Positions 22,201 to 31,880 of a stretch of DNA of 64,000 bases are shown piece after piece. Source of the DNA: Sporopachydermia quercuum (taxonomy: Eukaryota). A program made the position numbers and the translations under genes. Position 1 is the stretch's first letter. Each line of letters starts with the position of its first letter. The notes below the pieces were generated by a model. That model saw only the letters and a program-made list of their open reading frames with translations. It was not told the DNA's origin and made no database searches. The DNA lies in contig BCGN01000002.1 in the NCBI GenBank assembly GCA_001599295.1, positions 186,001 to 250,000 on the forward strand. The letters run 5' to 3'.

Positions 22201-22643
22201 TCACTGGCGTTTGCAATGCTACTCAGACGTTTCTTCTTTGCCTTCTCCGATGGGGATGCAGGGTTCGCAGGACTATCCAAACATGCTTGAACTCTGTTAT
22301 ACCGTTTACAAGTACCGCAAGGAATGTTCGTATCACATTTGATCTTCTGTTTCCTACAAGGTCCACAATTATAGTGTCTCCTTGGATGTCTTTTTTTCGT
22401 TTGTTGTCGAGAAGCACCTCCTGGGTTAGATGAAGTTGATTCAGTGGGATTATTGGAACTTACCGTAGTAGCAGTAGTATTACTATTATTGGTAGCTACT
22501 AAATTGGTGCTAGTAGTCGTTATGCTTGGAATAGAGATGTTTTCTATCGTAGAGGTCACCACTGGGGCCAATCTGGTACCAGACTCCTCCTGCTCAGACT
22601 TTTGGCCCGTGTTGTTGTACGGGATCTGATTATCGGTATTCAT
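19206..22643 (-). CDS. Zn(II)2Cys6 fungal transcription factor with middle homology region
   Basis: CGPCRKQKIKCDTNIPCGTCKRYNRVQAC cluster; AQALNLH...ETEMHRRIWWDL...LGRP...LPANINDA fungal TF domain. Confidence 0.9.
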   Translation of the reverse strand: MNTDNQIPYNNTGQKSEQEESGTRLAPVVTSTIENISIPSITTTSTNLVATNNSNTTATTVSSNNPTESTSSNPGGASRQQTKKRHPRRHYNCGPCRKQKIKCDTNIPCGTCKRYNRVQACLDSPANPASPSEKAKKKRLSSIANASELAHIHQPHSQSHNLNQHTTLHPQPSHSHREQMSRRGSNHNSPGSYASYSQPPLLGMNQQYSNEALIKRNTGPGAELNTSRNYGRVGGDIPLVAATSPFTVVSNQQHLMQMNSSLIGMKSNIRQAQPPQPGQVNTLIATPPPQSQXQPQPQHNIAQNQSFSLANPILPFPQMPSLPPYRPADRLDSVPKLSNPNPNPSITSLGSFGIGGNVVEEPGSISNGALRGSIGGSIGSATGNIGVYSNNNSSSSSGQLGFNINKEASGKSVSDGNSKNDNTKDSEPVEILEALVNGSLNGLTKFYTNDPSKLYLVGKTIHIDKLTPCYDVYNFIDSSVNWAMALPQLLPSHELLTELIDYYLNTLDYIYRPLHAETFRRQVAQFEREILGRNNYEGINLVWLSLLFAVLCTSITHLPREMGIRFQITPERCAKLSEIWFDATRQALNAGKYMEKPQFHQLQTFCVLQLYFYSTNKMEHMNSVCGVSLTHAQALNLHCSERRDLTLYETEMHRRIWWDLCGSDTFRALCLGRPVLVRSYFSEVALPANINDAQIDPEVYTNDPMHQNPELSSSSQAKQPEPVQTLPVNVPTDSCFNRYRARLMMIINGVFEIPKAKDETVVFQGLLALDKELEQLSESTPWFFRLDPKTNSLVDIPQTYLQNRPPDFEINLRFQHHMAHSAMCIQRFRLYQQYLHMNVPIAWKVCLPVAKAMFAVYKCLRRRYPLSCNQYLAAIHQGFAGSVIQAMLLLLENIHPNDAAELFNDVDAFIEDLKQLSDRFLSVPETVKQNLKVAESLRRLYLAKREKEGGTPSPTTSSTAIVNTVASVFGGKNVTETYLNKCTVDFLVNDAGKTASKVGDIRGMNMTYPNVALSNRLSKYVEAISGSRDNSNNNNSKGGRAAGSSDTSGSGSRALSGNIGSSAKFSRNSDPCSPDMESNSSGTAEYLANAGFSLEELERSFRQVKQFQDKGDEFKTNELDWNLVGIDNEEYRELLTNGYLGYGLR

Positions 22644-24371
22644 TCGAAATATTTCTTAATTAATGTATGAGTGCTGATGTATCTATCATACAGATGATGA
22701 TAATAGTGATCAATACTGAATTATACGATCAGTAGTGAAGAAAATGTAGAGGAATAGCAAAAGGCTACCTTCGTAATCAAATTGGAACCTCTGCTTGATC
22801 AAATAGTCTTGAAAGATCTATCAACTATGAGGTGAGTACCATATGACTTTTTATTCTCCTTGTCAAGGAAACCATAAAACGCTCAATTCAAACAATGGAA
22901 TATCCCCCTGGGTCCACTATTCTTTACTATAGTATTCTGTACTCTGAAACTACACTCTAAACACAACGAATCACCAAACGCATCTTCCAACCCGGTTTTG
23001 CTTCGATCTTCTGCGTTTTCACCCTGCAAGCAGAACGGCTCTTTGAAGGGTTGTATTTCGACCAAGAGAACAAACCACGAGCACTAAATGTTGATAATCA
23101 ATCAATCGCCAAACAACTGTTGAAAATCCTCTGGAATTTATGTCGTTTGCTTATGCACACTTTATTATTTATCGTTGCCATATAGAACAGCTTCTTATTG
23201 TTGCCCCTGTCAATATTTGCCGTTCTTTTTATTATACAGCAATGTCTATTGATGTTCTTGTTGCTTTATTATCTACTTCTATACCAATTCTCACTATTTG
23301 TTTGTTCAATTACTTGGATAATGAAAGGGATCAGGAAGTAAAAAGTTGATGATCGGGTCTTTTGGCTTTGAAGACTGCTTTAAAAAGGAAAGTAAACGCC
23401 CTGTGGTGGTTGTAATAAGAGTTACAGAACTCTAGTTTGTGAATTATGACTATTAAAGAAAACCTAATATGATTTTCGTGGTTTATAAATAAAGAATGCG
23501 ATATGATGAGCGATAATTCTTCTATTAATGACGTGTGCTTTTATTCTGATCTCTCGGATAGTATAACAACAAGAAGAAGGCTAATTATGTGATGAAAGAC
23601 TAATCAGTAGACACTAAACTCGAGTCAACCACAAAGCTTTGAGAGCGTCAGTTGCCTAGAAATTTGAAATGGATGGAAATTTCTCTTTTGGGCGACTGGT
23701 TTTAAGTTTGGAGCTCTAGTTTTCTCGTAGTGAAGTATGGGTACAATTGAGAATACAGTTTGCTCAATGACCGAACTTCTATGAAATCTAACCGCGGACT
23801 CCAATGAAATGGGGAATGAAGGGTGAAAGTCATAAGCGGGATTTCGGATTTTATGAGAAATAATGCAGTACAGTGATGAAAATGTGGTATACTAGATAGG
23901 GAATGAGTTGTGATGATTTCTTTTTTATAAAATGCTTATTTTTGGTGGTTCAAAAGTTAATAATTGCTTAAACCACAAATCAATAGGATGTGGCTTATGA
24001 ATTGCATTTTATACTTCGTCATTGGTTTTGTTTCGTATACCTAAAATGCATTCATCACTGCATACATGCATCACAAAAACGATCAAGAGACCTACCTTAT
24101 AAATAACTATCATCGATTATTAATTATTCATAATAGACTCTACGTTATACATCAATACATGCGATTTTATAGCATAGAGATATTCTCTTTAACTTTTGAA
24201 ATGTGGAAACAACTTATCATCGTTAAGCTCATAAAGTCTCAGAAGTCCCAGAATTGTGGGCGCAGTAAGAGGAATTGGATGTGAGGAACTCCAGTGTTAC
24301 TTTCGTTTAGTATGTAAGAGCTCCATGATTAATACAAATACTGCATCTCAACTGCTTTCCTGATTGCTTCC

Positions 24372-24404
24372 ATTTCTCTCTTTCTCTCTTTCTCTCTTTC
24401 TCTC
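24372..24404. repeat. (TTTCTCTC)n pyrimidine tandem repeat, about 4 units
   Basis: Directly visible in the sequence. Confidence 0.7.
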
Positions 24405-25792
24405 CATTCTCCTCACTGCCTTCAAAACATCAAATACCAAAATTTCGTTCATTATTCATATACCTCATGTCATGTACGGCGCCGGTTTGGACAAGCTCAT
24501 TTAGACTATCCTGCATTAACTCAACAGACTACCTTGGCTCAACTTGCATGGCCATTGCATATTCAATAGCCACATTTTCAATCAAGCCAAATAATCAAGT
24601 AATCGCAGTACCCTTGTGTTCTTCTTACTCGGAAAAGATTAGGTTTGCCGTATCGCATTAGTTTTCGGAAAAACCACCGCATACTAAAAACTATAGAAAG
24701 GGACCTACTGCTCTGCTCTTATGAAATCGGGTTAAAATATTACGTTTATTTTTATTCACTTGATGTATGAGGTGAACTACTGTTGAAGAATTTCACGTGT
24801 TTGAACCCGTTGAGAACAATGGATATAGAAGAACACTGTTTGGATTGTTTGAATAGGATGAGAATGAGAGTATGAAAGTATGATGAATGTTGAGGATGTT
24901 GTGGGTTTATACATTCTGATGTCTACTGGTTTACAAGAGAAACATGGAGTAGTCTGTTGCCTCCAGTGAATCATCAATTATTTTCACCAACTATTTATTT
25001 GTTATTTTCTTTACTGTTGTTCTGTTCCTAAGTATCCAAGATATTGCCATTGTGATGGCTGATTTCTAAATTAAAAGAAAGAAGAAAATTATACTGAATT
25101 ATACTAAATACTTTCGAATTCTGCTTTTCTATCATATTGATAAACATATCAATAGCAATTGGTGTTCATAATCAACAATTTGCAACGAAGATATTCTTAC
25201 ACCTATGTTACCATTTATCGCTTATCACAACATTCATGTGTTTGGTCATTGATCTCAAGCATAATCGTAATTATCTTTGCCGATAGTGATAATTTATGCT
25301 TCTTACCATTTATCAACAGTCGTCTAGTGTTGAATCATGTTCATAAAATTATCGTATCCTATTTGATCTACACATGCTTCAACCGATAGTATTCCTTCCC
25401 AACTACTACCTATTCATACCACAGATACATATTAAACTGATTCAACTATTTGATATGATTGCCATCTTCATTCTCTATGTGGAGTGATATCCAACCGTTT
25501 CACTAAAACCTCTAGCTAACCATAATATGCATAACGATTCTGTCCTATGAAAAACATGTTGCAAACTCCAACCTAACTGTCTTTCCTTGCCTTTCGAAAC
25601 TTGTCTTCCCAATATCTCATATCCTTGTTTCTTCTCTTCTCTTCTCTTCCCCTATCCTCCAATTCACCATAGCTTTTCCTCTCTTTATCTCTCTGCGATC
25701 ATCATCACCAATCACCGCCTACCTCTTTTTGATTACTTGATGACTAATCTATTATTCTCTACATTTAGGTCACTATTAGTGACCTATCATCT

Positions 25793-25800
25793 CACGTGAC
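25793..25800. promoter_or_regulatory. E-box, Cbf1-type (T)CACGTGAC, about 710 bp upstream of DRE2
   Basis: Reverse complement GTCACGTG matches the Cbf1 consensus. Confidence 0.4.
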
Positions 25801-26508
25801 TTAAAGTCAGGGTTTGCTTACCCCCTGCATGATTTCCGCATCAAGTAGTATTTTCCCAGATAAGAAGAGCTCGTTGGAATTGTTAGCCATATTAAGTAAT
25901 AATATCTCTTTTAGGATATATCACTCGAGAAAGTTTTTCACTTCTCACTCTGGCTGAGGATTTTTTACGCTTATTAATACCATATCTCCTATAGCCTTAT
26001 AGATCTCTAGAGACTGTGGAATAATTAATAAAGAATATAAACCATTTGAGTCGATCTTGAAGCTTGAAGATTTATATTGCCAGAAAATCCTACTGAAGAG
26101 TAACGTAATTGATTTGCAAGGAAAAATAGTTCCGTTTGTTTAACATTGACTTAGTTATCTATTGTATTGGGAGAGGTATACCATCACCATCAGGAGTCAA
26201 CTACGTGTTTGAAGAGTATTGTAGGGTAGTAGTTTTTGTTGTATTACAACAGTAATTTGCTATCACAACTCGACCAGAACCAATAGTTGATCACATACTG
26301 TGTATTTAATTTGTTTTAGTCACTTCCAGGCGTTCATCATATCTGCAAGAAGCTCTCTCTGTTATCCTACTGTCAACACACATATATTATCTACAGATAG
26401 GAATAGGGGTGTCAATTATATCACACGTCTAACGCCATCGAGAAGACAAAAGCTTTTTCGGTATTCTCACCATTACCCTAATCTTACATTCTGCATCATT
26501 CTATCAAC

Positions 26509-27414
26509 ATGTCTGCATTAATAATACTTCACCCTCAGGTCGTGTCTCAACCAAAGGTGGTTGAAGCAACTCAACAGGCTTTGAAAGAGAAGTATCCAGA
26601 TGTTCATATTAAAATGACAGATATTCTTTTGAGAAGCTCATCTCCTTCGACTGCCCAAGCTTCATTTGATCATATTAAATATCTAGCTAGTCCAGATTCT
26701 GAAGCTGCTTTACCTGAAGGTCTAGTTAACCTAATAGCTTTACTCCTTAGACCTAATGGAACAGCTAACGGTATACCATTAAGTGAATCATTACCAGCTA
26801 TATCCGCAGGACTTATTCCATCAACAGAAACAAAAGGCGATTATATCAAACCTGGAGAAACTGGTGTTGTTTCTATTGCATTAAAAAGGACCAAACCAAC
26901 TACTTCATTACCAAAATTCAAACGGAAAACTCCTCTCTCTCCTGAGAGCTCCGTTGCTTCTACCTCCGATTCAGCCTCGGGCTCATTTTCAACCTCAAGT
27001 TCTGTCTCACCAGCACCAGTGTCCGAATCAGCGTTTCTATCATTGTTGTCAGCCAATTCTGCACCTCAGCTTGATGAGAACTCCTTAGTTGATATGACTG
27101 ATTTCGGCTTAGATGCACCTATTGTTGTGCCAGAGAAATGTAAATCGAACGCCAAGCGAAGAAAAGCTTGTAAAGATTGCACTTGTGGATTGAAAGAGTT
27201 AGAAGAGGCTGGAATCGCTAAACAACAAGAACAGCAATCGGTTGTATTGCAAGATTTGGATTCTGAGATTGATTTCACTATTCCTGGTAAAACTGGATCT
27301 TGTGGATCTTGCGCTTTAGGTGATGCGTTTAGATGTGATGGTTGTCCTTATATTGGATTACCACCATTCAAACCCGGTGAAGTTATTAGTTTGTCATTGA
27401 ATGATGAGTTTTAA
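26509..27414 (+). CDS. DRE2: Fe-S cluster assembly protein Dre2/anamorsin
   Basis: C...[11 protein letters not shown] and [29 protein letters not shown] motifs. Confidence 0.95.
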   Translation: MSALIILHPQVVSQPKVVEATQQALKEKYPDVHIKMTDILLRSSSPSTAQASFDHIKYLASPDSEAALPEGLVNLIALLLRPNGTANGIPLSESLPAISAGLIPSTETKGDYIKPGETGVVSIALKRTKPTTSLPKFKRKTPLSPESSVASTSDSASGSFSTSSSVSPAPVSESAFLSLLSANSAPQLDENSLVDMTDFGLDAPIVVPEKCKSNAKRRKACKDCTCGLKELEEAGIAKQQEQQSVVLQDLDSEIDFTIPGKTGSCGSCALGDAFRCDGCPYIGLPPFKPGEVISLSLNDEF

Positions 27415-28373
27415 GTGTGGAATTATGAACACGATCACATGCAGTGTATTAAAATGAAAGGAAATTATTGGTTAGGATGTTCCGGTAGTATGAGAACTTC
27501 CTCCGGTACTAGGGGAGTTTATCTCTTTGGTTCGCATGAATGACAGCCACAGTTGGATTTCTCAGTAGATTTCAATAGTTTCTGCATTTTTAATTAACTC
27601 AAGATAATGAGTTAGTCTTCAAATTATTTGCTATTCGTTGTTCATTATTTTTGTGTTTTATTTGGTTGATTATTGATAATTATTTCATTTTTTTTTCATT
27701 TTGGCAGGTTAGGCATTTGGTTTTTACTTTTTAATATTTATTAATATACTTATATTCTCTTACAAAAAACAATAATACCAAACAAATAACATTTTAGCTT
27801 ATCAAATAATGATATTGATAGTAGGAAAAGAATTATGAGAAAGAACGTCTTTTAATATTTATATTAAATGGTATATGTTATATGGTGTGTGTTTATGCTA
27901 TGTGGAATACAGTATTCTCGATATACCTTCATTTCTTATATGGAGATTTAAACAAAGGTATTCCCAAAGAAAACAGTAGAATCAAAATATAATGGTTATT
28001 ATGTTGTATGCATTGTCGCTAATAATATATGAAGATATAGGTCGAAGCTTGTAATATGCAAGTCATGCTCAAACGTCTTTCCGGTAAAGTCGTTACAGTA
28101 TTCCTTTGTAACGTATGGCAGTTCATTTGAATATGAGGAAACAGCTAACACGTCTTTTTTCTTCTTATTTTCTCGGAGTGTCGTGACTTTTCTTAATATT
28201 AGTTCAATCCATCTATTTTTTTTCATTTTAAACAACCCTCCATCCGTTTAAGCCTCATGTACCATTAACTCTGCCAACTCTCCATGAATAAGCATCATAC
28301 TATATATTGATATATATAATAGTTCAGCAAATGCATACTAGATTCAGTACTTTTTCCTTCGTATATTATTCTC

Positions 28374-29675
28374 TTATTTATGCCTCTTGTTGCTATTGAC
28401 ATATTTGCCTCTTCCAACTTTCATCCCAGAACCCCTGTACATATCTCTAGTGGTACCTTGAATAGCAAAAGGAGTGTTAGAATCTGCAACACCGCTAATC
28501 CATTCACTCAACATTTTCTCGTTCTTCCTTCTGGCCCATTCATCATCCTTTATTTTCTGATTGTATTCTTTCTGATCTTCACTAAGAATCACCGTGCTAT
28601 TGTCAACATTTCTTAGCTTACCGTTCAGATTACTGGCATGACGCCTACTTTTAACACTCTGGGGACTTGCTAAGGAGTACTTAAATCCACGATGCGACCA
28701 TTGCATGTTTCTCTTTAAGTGTACTACAACATCTCCAGATGAATCAATACTAACTGTAGCTCTCATGAGAGTATTTCCGCCGCAGGATGGACAGAAATCT
28801 CTTTTCTCACTAATAGGAAGTAATTTAAAGCAAGCATGACATCTAAGCATGTATTGACGAACTTTTGATATACGGTAACCTTTGGTGCTTATGAGATTCA
28901 AACCTATTTGCAAGGAAACGTTCTGCATGGCAAAATCATTAGTGCATACAGCAGCTTTAAGGAAAGATGTTCTGGAAATGGCCTGTTCTTGAGTTTGTGA
29001 TTCGATGGTATGCGGCAAGTTATCAGGAGTGATCCAGGCTTCTTCATCTTCTTGTTCTGATTCTTTCGCTAGACGGTAGCTTCCGTCCGAGTTTGGATGG
29101 TTTTGATTCTTGATTTGGTGTTTTCTCTTGCTTTGTTTAGTTACTGTAGTCCATTCGGCTGATTCGGATGGTTCCTGAGGTTCTTGTTGCTCGGAAGGCT
29201 CTGAAAGTTCGGATGTAGTTTCGGATGTAGTTTCAGTAGTCTCATCAGCTTCACAAATGATATGGGTATCGGATTTCGGTTCAGCTTCGTCTGTCTTCCT
29301 TTCTTCCTTCTTCTCCTTCTTCTGTATCTTTTCACCAGGCCTTTTTCTTAACCGCCAATCGCCATTCTTTTCAACCTCAATCTCATAACATAACGCCAAA
29401 ACATGTATATCATTCATACTCAAAACACTATAGTCACCAGTCAATTTAGAAAATTCTGTAACTGCCTTAATGGCGGCTTCTCCCGGCTGCCTAACTTGCA
29501 CTTTATCTCCCCAAAAAAGCTCCAACGACTTTCTTGACTGCTCATCACGGATTTCGTTATTATAAACAGCTGGCGTTGTAAAGAAATGCTTGGCCTTTTC
29601 TTGTAGTTCTGTTCCTGAAGCTGCAATTAATGGCCCAGCATCTAATACTAGTGAGTCAATAAAAGGCTCACTCAT
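28374..29675 (-). CDS. NOB1: 20S pre-rRNA D-site endonuclease Nob1
   Basis: PIN domain (LVLDAGPLI; TGDYSVLSMNDIHVLAL), TNDFAMQNV, Zn ribbon LRCHACF...FCPSCGG. Confidence 0.95.
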   Translation of the reverse strand: MSEPFIDSLVLDAGPLIAASGTELQEKAKHFFTTPAVYNNEIRDEQSRKSLELFWGDKVQVRQPGEAAIKAVTEFSKLTGDYSVLSMNDIHVLALCYEIEVEKNGDWRLRKRPGEKIQKKEKKEERKTDEAEPKSDTHIICEADETTETTSETTSELSEPSEQQEPQEPSESAEWTTVTKQSKRKHQIKNQNHPNSDGSYRLAKESEQEDEEAWITPDNLPHTIESQTQEQAISRTSFLKAAVCTNDFAMQNVSLQIGLNLISTKGYRISKVRQYMLRCHACFKLLPISEKRDFCPSCGGNTLMRATVSIDSSGDVVVHLKRNMQWSHRGFKYSLASPQSVKSRRHASNLNGKLRNVDNSTVILSEDQKEYNQKIKDDEWARRKNEKMLSEWISGVADSNTPFAIQGTTRDMYRGSGMKVGRGKYVNSNKRHK

Positions 29676-29898
29676 AGTATATTTGTATGTACGCGGTATG
29701 TATGTTGGGATAATCGGTAGGTGATTCTATGGTAAGAGCACTGGATAGACACTGAGTATATTAAGTGAAATTCTGGCTTTTTATAGTGATTCAAGTGAAG
29801 AATAAAAAAGGATCATATAACTAATAGACGATTGAGCCTGTTAAATAATGAACCATGAATAGGATGCAATAAAAGATGAAAGAAGTTTCCTCCATAAT

Positions 29899-29962
29899 AA
29901 AAATTTTTTTGGAAGGGAAACAGAGTGAGATGTGATGTTATGATAATATCAACTGAGATGAG
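29899..29962. promoter_or_regulatory. RRPE-like and PAC-like elements upstream of NOB1
   Basis: AAAAATTTTTTT at 29899-29910 and GAGATGAG at 29955-29962. Confidence 0.55.
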
Positions 29963-30483
29963 ACGTGATGCTGTGGTTAGCTGTGAGCGTCTTGTAAGAT
30001 ACACACCTAGGAGAGTTAGCTGGGAGGTATTTAATACCGGAGATGATGATACAATGGAAGAAAGTGAGAGGAGATAACATAGGATTTTTTTAGTGGATAA
30101 TAATATTTATGCTGTTACTGGTTTACTTTGTAGTCTTATGTTAATTTATTATTAGATTTACCGTATTTGTCAGTTTTTGTTGGTTTTGTCCATAGCTTTA
30201 GACTCAACTCCACTATAGGATCTCCTAGAACAATTACTGAGAAAGCCATGCAATGTTCTCAGTATGTTTTCCGCAATTATAAGGATCTCCCGACCTCCCT
30301 TCCCGACTTGTCTTTTCTACAGGAGATTAGTCAACTCCCCTCCATTTCGGAACTATGATTACTTCATCCGACATTCTCTCAAGAAATCGGTACCTAAAGT
30401 AAGGTTGAAACTAACGGTAATATCATCAATTTAACCCAAATAGGTGGTTTCTTCGAGCACTTACTTGCCACTTGGTTACGAAC

Positions 30484-31668
30484 ATGAGCAAAGCTTTACA
30501 AGACGCCAGCGTGGCTTTTGAAGCCGCCGACTATCCTCAAGCCGTACATTTACTTACAGAAGCTTTGAAACATGCCGAATCGAGCTCCAGTTCGGCTGCA
30601 ATTTATATAAAACGGGCTGTGTCGAAGCAGCGTCTAAAAAAGTATCCCGAGGCTCTATCCGACTGTGCCATTGCTTTGAAACTTTACATCAAAGATAGGA
30701 ATTTAGAGGCAACTGGTGAAGTGTACTTCAGACAAGGTGTAATTCATTATTTATTGGGCCGTTATTTTACGGCAAAGCAAAATTTCGATATCGCTGAGAG
30801 AACATATCATTATAAGGCCAATGTGTTAGGGGTGTGGAAGGAAAAGTTAAAAAGGGAATTGGATCAATTACCAGGCGACTATACTGAACCCGAGTTACTG
30901 GAGGCCAAAGAAGTGGAAGAGGTAGAGGATAGCAACAGCGATAACGAAAAAGATAGTGGAAAGGATGTCAAATCTGTTTCAAATCCGGAACCTATATCGG
31001 CACCACAAAGCGTTACAGACTTTCGATATGACTATTTCCAATCATCAGAAGTAATTTCCATATCACTATATATCAAAAACGTGCTTAAAGACACCATCAA
31101 AGTCGATTTTGACCGGAGATCGGTTGTGGTAAGCTTTCCACTTGAGAACTCCGAAGTTTTCACAAAAACCTTTTCTCCGCTCTATGCTGAAATCAAACCT
31201 GCTAAATGTTCCTTCCAGGTCTATCCTTCTCGGATAGAATTGCGCTTAGCTAAAGTTTCCGCAATTCGCTGGCCTTCTATTATCGGGAGTGATATCAATG
31301 AAACATCTCCGATAACCTCGCTACCTGAGCAACAGCCGATTTCGCAAACACAAAGCAATATTAATGCAAACACAAACACAAACACAAATACCAATAAAAT
31401 TCCTTATCCTTCATCCTCTAAAGTTAAAACAGACTGGGACCATATAGCCAATTCCGATCCTGAATCGGAGGACGAACAGGAGGCAGATCCGAATGCTTTC
31501 TTCCGTTCAATCTTCAAAAATGCCGACCCCGACACACAAAGAGCAATGATGAAGTCCTATATTGAAAGTAACGGAACGGCATTAAGTACTAATTGGGAAG
31601 AAGTGTCTAAAGGCAAGGTTCCGGTTGAGCCACCTCAAGGAATGGAGGCTAAGCCATATGACACTTAG
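30484..31668 (+). CDS. SGT1: Hsp90 co-chaperone Sgt1 (TPR-CS-SGS); possible upstream exon 30248..30261
   Basis: N-terminal TPR repeats, CS domain (RYDYFQS), SGS domain (YPSSSK; NADPDTQRAMMKSYIESNGTALSTNW); NOB1-SGT1-ASE1 order as in S. cerevisiae. Confidence 0.93.
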   Translation: MSKALQDASVAFEAADYPQAVHLLTEALKHAESSSSSAAIYIKRAVSKQRLKKYPEALSDCAIALKLYIKDRNLEATGEVYFRQGVIHYLLGRYFTAKQNFDIAERTYHYKANVLGVWKEKLKRELDQLPGDYTEPELLEAKEVEEVEDSNSDNEKDSGKDVKSVSNPEPISAPQSVTDFRYDYFQSSEVISISLYIKNVLKDTIKVDFDRRSVVVSFPLENSEVFTKTFSPLYAEIKPAKCSFQVYPSRIELRLAKVSAIRWPSIIGSDINETSPITSLPEQQPISQTQSNINANTNTNTNTNKIPYPSSSKVKTDWDHIANSDPESEDEQEADPNAFFRSIFKNADPDTQRAMMKSYIESNGTALSTNWEEVSKGKVPVEPPQGMEAKPYDT

Positions 31669-31880
31669 AAGATGAGTCTAAGAAATAGATAGCCAAACAA
31701 AGAAATTCATCCAAAGGTGCATACTGTTTGAACCTTAATTAGGACTTATGAATGATTAGGCTATCACATAATAATAAACCATATATCATATATCATACAT
31801 AATGCAAGAAAAGAATTAAAAAAGAAAAAATTTTCATAGTATACATTATAAACAGATTTTGGAGTTTCCGAACTATTCCG

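Noticed and set aside
25791..25920. Point centromere (CDEI-like TCACGTG)
   Set aside because: No >85% AT CDEII or recognisable CDEIII follows on either side.
29208..29235. 12-bp tandem repeat in NOB1 and (AACACA)n in SGT1
   Set aside because: Ordinary coding slippage repeats in disordered linkers.
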